A stretch of DNA of 64,000 nucleotides from Candidatus Kapaibacterium sp. (lineage in GTDB: Bacteria; Bacteroidota; Ignavibacteria; Kapaibacteriales; Kapaibacteriaceae), in contig VFFB01000003.1 of NCBI GenBank assembly GCA_018882585.1, positions 10,359 through 74,358 of the forward strand, in the 5' to 3' direction. Position numbers and translations under genes: made by a program. The notes under the pieces are model-generated. The model was not told the DNA's origin. It worked only from the letters and a program-made list of their open reading frames with translations, and searched no databases. This document shows, piece by piece, positions 59,741-64,000 of this stretch; the stretch's first letter is position 1, and each line of letters begins with the position of its first letter.

Positions 59741-61552
59741 TCATAGGTCAGGTAGCGGCGCCGACATGAGTTCACCCTTGTCGGACACAACATAGATGGT
59801 CTTGCCGATCATGGTAACGTACGTGGCGAAAGTCGCTGGGGCAATGTCGATTGGTTTCCACGTGTTACCAGCATCCCTCGATAACAGCACGGCCCCCTTC
59901 GTCCCAAGAACAATTGTCGATCCCTTGATGACGGCGTTGCCAAAACGGTGCTGTGTCTCGGCAGAGAATGGTGTGATGATCCTTACCCATGGACCTTTGG
60001 ACCCTCGCTTCACGTACGAGGCGTTTGCCGTACCAAGCAGTTGAAGGTTCCCTTTAGACGCCGTCCAGCGCAGGATGGATGAGTCTTTCTCGATCATGAA
60101 TCGGCGCCAGGATGCTCCCCGATCAGTGCTTATCCAACTTCGATCGCGTGACGACGCGATGATCGACGTACCGAGTGCGTCCATCCGATCAATGTAGACC
60201 GTACTGTCGGGATAACGCCGCTGCTGCCAGCGGCGGCCTCCATCGACCGACATCCACAGACCAACCCGTCCGACGGACACGAAGAGCGTGCGATCAAGGA
60301 CCACCGACGCATAGCCCTCGCCGATGGGCAGGTCAGACGTCAGCTTGTGTACGGATGTGCCACACGCATCAATGCCAAAGACGCCCAACGTACGTGATGT
60401 CGCAACGTGACCCTTGGGCAACTGATGTATGGTTGCTACAGCCGAACCCTTGATACCCTGAAAGCGCTGTTCGGCGCGGCGCAGCGATGTGTCAAGCACA
60501 TGCAACCCGTTCCTGCTCATACATACGGCAACGGTACCGTCGTGTTCAACGATCCTGCCAACCATAATGTCGGTGTTCTTCGACGTCGAAAGCGAGACGC
60601 TTTGCCAGGTTGGAACATCAAGACGCATGGTATACAATCCGCCACCACCTCGGTCGATGCCTGCAAGTACGGAGATGCCGTTCGTGTACACAGACCCGAT
60701 CCGGTCCTCGGCCGTACCAGGTACAGGTAGCTCGTCGATAGAACCGGTTGCAAGATCCACGCCGATGATACGGCGCGACTTACCAGCAAGAATGGCCTTA
60801 CCAGCCGCGACCGATATGGCAGTCCACTTGTCTGCCGGCAGAATGGTCAACGTGGTAGGCTTCCGACCGGGCTGAGGAGGTACCTCGTACAGGACGGTAT
60901 CAATGGCTGCAAGAATTCTACCTCGGTGTACCGTCACCAGGGCACGTTGGGATGTCGCGAACACTGAAAGCATGGACCAGTGCATCGACTTGTCCAACAG
61001 CAGAACACGACCACTGTCGGCCACGGCAACAACGCTTGGTCCATGGGCCACGATGTCGCGCACGGGCGGCAGCGTGTCGGGGATGATCACCGGCTTCCAT
61101 GCGCCATTGCTACCGTTGCGACGATACATGGCACCACCGGAGATCAGGGCGTAATCGTGAACACCGGTCGTGATAATGCGCAGCACATGCTGCTCACGGT
61201 TTGGCAATGGGTGGGACGACCACCGCAGACCATCGTCCGTTGACCTGAACACCCCACCCGTAGACGTCGCAACGTCCACGATCGATCCGCGATACAGCAC
61301 GTCGGTGACTGAGCGGTGACGAAGTCCCTCCAGAACCGGTACCACACTATCGTTGCGGACCGTATACACGTCCACGCCTGTTGCAAGCAGCAATCCGTCG
61401 CGACACGCTTCGATGCCTTTCACCTGCTCGCGCGATGGCAAGGGCAGGCGTTTCCACGTGGGTTTAAGCGTGTCGGCTGCAACAGCTGCCCCGGTAAGCA
61501 GATATGCAACCAAGGCTGATACGGCAAACCTGCGTATCATGCGATTCCTCAT
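59741..61552 (-). CDS. Secreted BNR/Asp-box beta-propeller protein
   Basis: Asp-box motifs STDDGLRW, SVDGGRRW, STDRGASW, SRDAGNTW; signal peptide. Confidence 0.75.
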   Translation of the reverse strand: MRNRMIRRFAVSALVAYLLTGAAVAADTLKPTWKRLPLPSREQVKGIEACRDGLLLATGVDVYTVRNDSVVPVLEGLRHRSVTDVLYRGSIVDVATSTGGVFRSTDDGLRWSSHPLPNREQHVLRIITTGVHDYALISGGAMYRRNGSNGAWKPVIIPDTLPPVRDIVAHGPSVVAVADSGRVLLLDKSMHWSMLSVFATSQRALVTVHRGRILAAIDTVLYEVPPQPGRKPTTLTILPADKWTAISVAAGKAILAGKSRRIIGVDLATGSIDELPVPGTAEDRIGSVYTNGISVLAGIDRGGGGLYTMRLDVPTWQSVSLSTSKNTDIMVGRIVEHDGTVAVCMSRNGLHVLDTSLRRAEQRFQGIKGSAVATIHQLPKGHVATSRTLGVFGIDACGTSVHKLTSDLPIGEGYASVVLDRTLFVSVGRVGLWMSVDGGRRWQQRRYPDSTVYIDRMDALGTSIIASSRDRSWISTDRGASWRRFMIEKDSSILRWTASKGNLQLLGTANASYVKRGSKGPWVRIITPFSAETQHRFGNAVIKGSTIVLGTKGAVLLSRDAGNTWKPIDIAPATFATYVTMIGKTIYVVSDKGELMSAPLPDL

Positions 61553-61572
61553 TATCCGTAGTTGTCATCTGC

Positions 61573-64000
61573 ATGATACGCAGTACCACAGGAATAGCGA
61601 TACTCCTCTGCCTACTTGGTCTATCCGCACAACATGCAGTTGGGCAGGATGGCACCGAGACGAGGATCTATGATGTTGTTGTGAGGGGGAATGCTACACC
61701 AGGTTACTACCTGATGGCCCCCACGCTGAACACGAATGTGAATCTGGTGGACCACGGAGGATGGCTGGTGTATCGCATTCCTGCGACCTCTGCAATCAAC
61801 CTGCAACGCCATGCCGACGGAACATTCACGTACTTTGTGCCACGCGTCGGACATATCCGCATGGATTCGACGTTTTCAACACCCATCGATACGATCAACT
61901 CCGTTGCCGGCAGCACCGACTTTCACGAACTTCGCATCCTCCGTAACGGTAACTACCTTGTGCTGGGCGCAAAACCACGAACCGTAGACATGTCTGCCAT
62001 CGTGGAAGGGGGCAAGGTTGGTGCCCTTGTCGGTGATGCACTCCTCGAGGAGCAACGACCCGACGGGACCGTGGTTTGGTCGTGGAATTCGAAGGATCAC
62101 ACGAGCATCCTTGATGCTACCATCGACATTGAGCTCAAGGGCGGTACCGTGGATTACATTCACGTCAATAGTATCGTAGAGGACAACGATGGAAACCTGC
62201 TGATCTCGGCCAGGCACTTCGACGAAGTCATCAAACTCGATCGTTCGTCCGGCGCTATCAAGTGGCGCCTTGGGGGTAAGTCTTCAAAGCACAACCAGTT
62301 TCGCTGGTTGAACGACACGGTGAATGGCTATTGGGGGTTCTCGCACCAGCACTCCATCTCAAGGTTACCCTCCGGAGGCCTGTTGCTGTTCGACAACGGC
62401 AACCTCAAGTCGCCAGAGTATTCACGGGCCGTTGAGTATGAGATTGACGAGGTCAACAAGACCATACGCCGGGTGTGGCAGTACCGTCCAACCAAAGACA
62501 TCGCCGTGCGCAGCATGGGCTCTGTTGAACGCTTGTCGAACAAAGGAACCCTTATCGGTTGGGGCAGGAACTTCGACAGGGTGATCCTTACCGAACTCGA
62601 CAGCAACGACAACGTTGTGTATGAGTTGAAGAATACCGAGACAACGAATACGGCGGCATTCCGTGCGTCCAAGTATCCTGTAAAGATGTTGGCCGAACAA
62701 TTCCGTATGACGGCCCCCGGGGTCTCGCACACGTTTCGTGCAAACGATGTACCCATCGGTGTTTCCGTTACGTCGCACCGGATTGTTGACGCTAGGTCCA
62801 TCACTGTCGAGCGACATAGGTACGCTCCGCTGGGCGCTACCTTCGAAGCTGACACACCTACGATTGTCGATCCGGTACGTTGGACCATACGGCATGACCT
62901 GGGGAGCACCGATTCCGCGACAATGCGAATCGATCTGCGTAGCGTTCCCGAGATACGCGATGCCGGCCGGGCTGTGCTATGGCATCGACCGCTTGATGGA
63001 AGCGGCGTGCTGAAGCGAGTGAAGTCCGCCATCGATACCACGACCGATATTCACACACTCTCGTTTATCCCCGACGGTGAAATTGGTGTCGGATATGACG
63101 TCTCCACCAAACCCTTACCCCTGCGTCCGCTCAACGGTCAGGCGACGCAAGATCAACCTGCATTACTTGTATGGACGGCTGCGTTTCGTGCAACTGGGTA
63201 TGATCTCCAGGTGGCGACCGACTCAACGTTTGCTACGCCGTTGGTCAATCTTCGAACAACTGCCAACAGACGCGCAGCAATCGACTCCGTGTTCGTCAAT
63301 GGTCTGCAGCCCGCCAGGGTCTATCATTGGCGCGTACGTGCTGCAGGTTCCGGCGTAGACTCGGGCTGGTCCGCCATAGCCAGCTTCAGAACATCACTCG
63401 ATAGACCGACGATCGTTGAACCTAGTGCCGGCCGAACAGTTCCTGCCGAGCGACTGCGCGTCGTGTGGACATCCGTAGCCGAGGCTGCAGCGTATCATCT
63501 TCAGATTCGAGATACCGTTGGTGGCACGATCATGGACGTGACGACCTCCGACACGTCGGTCGTGGTCACCACCGACATCGAAGACATCATCGCCGAAATC
63601 GAAGTATCGGCCATGCGGGGCGACCTTCGAAGCTACCGTCCCACGCGTATACGGGCGTCGATCCTGCCACGGGTTCCGCAGTTCTGTCGACCCTTCTCGG
63701 GTACCGGCGACGTAGCGCCAGACTCCGTGGTGCTTGCATGGGTAATGGGCAAGGAAATACGCTCGCATGTTCAGCTGTTGACGTATGATGCCAGCCAGCC
63801 TATCATCGACGATACGGTTACGACCGACCAGCAGTCAACGCCGTCGCTCGACCCCTGCAGGCTCTATCGTTGGCGTGTGCGAAGCATCGGCAGGCAGGGA
63901 TCCAGCGAGTGGACGTCCTTCCTTTGGTTTGCCACACGTGGAGAATCCGGAGCGGAACCGGTAGACCTTCTTACACCTGTCGATGGTGCCACCGTCGATG
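61573..64000 (+). CDS. Second arylsulfate sulfotransferase-like/FN3 protein, incomplete at the window edge (absent from the ORF track)
   Basis: Manual translation from ATG 61573: MIRSTTGIAILLCLLGLSAQHAVGQ..., PGYYL, TDFHE, YIHVNS, SARHF, FSHQH, FDNG, then FN3-like YHWRVRA. No stop was seen in the parts read. Confidence 0.88.
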   Translation, partial: MIRSTTGIAILLCLLGLSAQHAVGQDGTETRIYDVVVRGNATPGYYLMAPTLNTNVNLVDHGGWLVYRIPATSAINLQRHADGTFTYFVPRVGHIRMDSTFSTPIDTINSVAGSTDFHELRILRNGNYLVLGAKPRTVDMSAIVEGGKVGALVGDALLEEQRPDGTVVWSWNSKDHTSILDATIDIELKGGTVDYIHVNSIVEDNDGNLLISARHFDEVIKLDRSSGAIKWRLGGKSSKHNQFRWLNDTVNGYWGFSHQHSISRLPSGGLLLFDNGNLKSPEYSRAVEYEIDEVNKTIRRVWQYRPTKDIAVRSMGSVERLSNKGTLIGWGRNFDRVILTELDSNDNVVYELKNTETTNTAAFRASKYPVKMLAEQFRMTAPGVSHTFRANDVPIGVSVTSHRIVDARSITVERHRYAPLGATFEADTPTIVDPVRWTIRHDLGSTDSATMRIDLRSVPEIRDAGRAVLWHRPLDGSGVLKRVKSAIDTTTDIHTLSFIPDGEIGVGYDVSTKPLPLRPLNGQATQDQPALLVWTAAFRATGYDLQVATDSTFATPLVNLRTTANRRAAIDSVFVNGLQPARVYHWRVRAAGSGVDSGWSAIASFRTSLDRPTIVEPSAGRTVPAERLRVVWTSVAEAAAYHLQIRDTVGGTIMDVTTSDTSVVVTTDIEDIIAEIEVSAMRGDLRSYRPTRIRASILPRVPQFCRPFSGTGDVAPDSVVLAWVMGKEIRSHVQLLTYDASQPIIDDTVTTDQQSTPSLDPCRLYRWRVRSIGRQGSSEWTSFLWFATRGESGAEPVDLLTPVDGATVD

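Overview
64-kb chromosomal window from an FCB-group bacterium, most likely Candidatus Kapabacteria or Ignavibacteria-like. This is inferred from TAnnTTTG promoters, T9SS C-terminal domains (CTDs), Gln after signal peptides, bshB1 and a clade II nosZ. Left end: a minus-strand clade II nitrous oxide reduction cluster (Rrf2 regulator, ric, cytochrome c, nosZ, nosB-like, nosL, YtkA/FixH-like lipoprotein, OprC/NosA-like TonB copper receptor, nosD, start of nosF). A 23-bp operator-like palindrome is duplicated in front of Rrf2 and ric. Next come secreted enzymes, tRNA-Phe, rlmN, a decayed AAA_14/DUF4143 gene and an ECF sigma/anti-sigma pair. The 22.4-35.3 kb segment is a cell-surface cluster: a small CTD protein paired with a signal-peptide-bearing, phage-tail-fibre-like repeat protein, flanked by two parallel 'CTD cargo + beta-barrel/OmpA' pairs. 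Further right are a hybrid kinase/OmpR pair, a CI/Cro-like divergent pair with operator repeats, and two tandem delta-60 beta-propeller proteins with nearly identical 3' ends. These are followed by a candidate small RNA with repeated GUCCC loops, housekeeping genes (rmlD-like, comM, rnhA, dut, rpiB, bshB1, rsmH, murF, mraY in a split dcw cluster) and two secreted arylsulfotransferase-FN3 paralogues. I saw no CRISPR array, rRNA, integrase or transposase. All calls come from reading the sequence by eye; no database searches were run.
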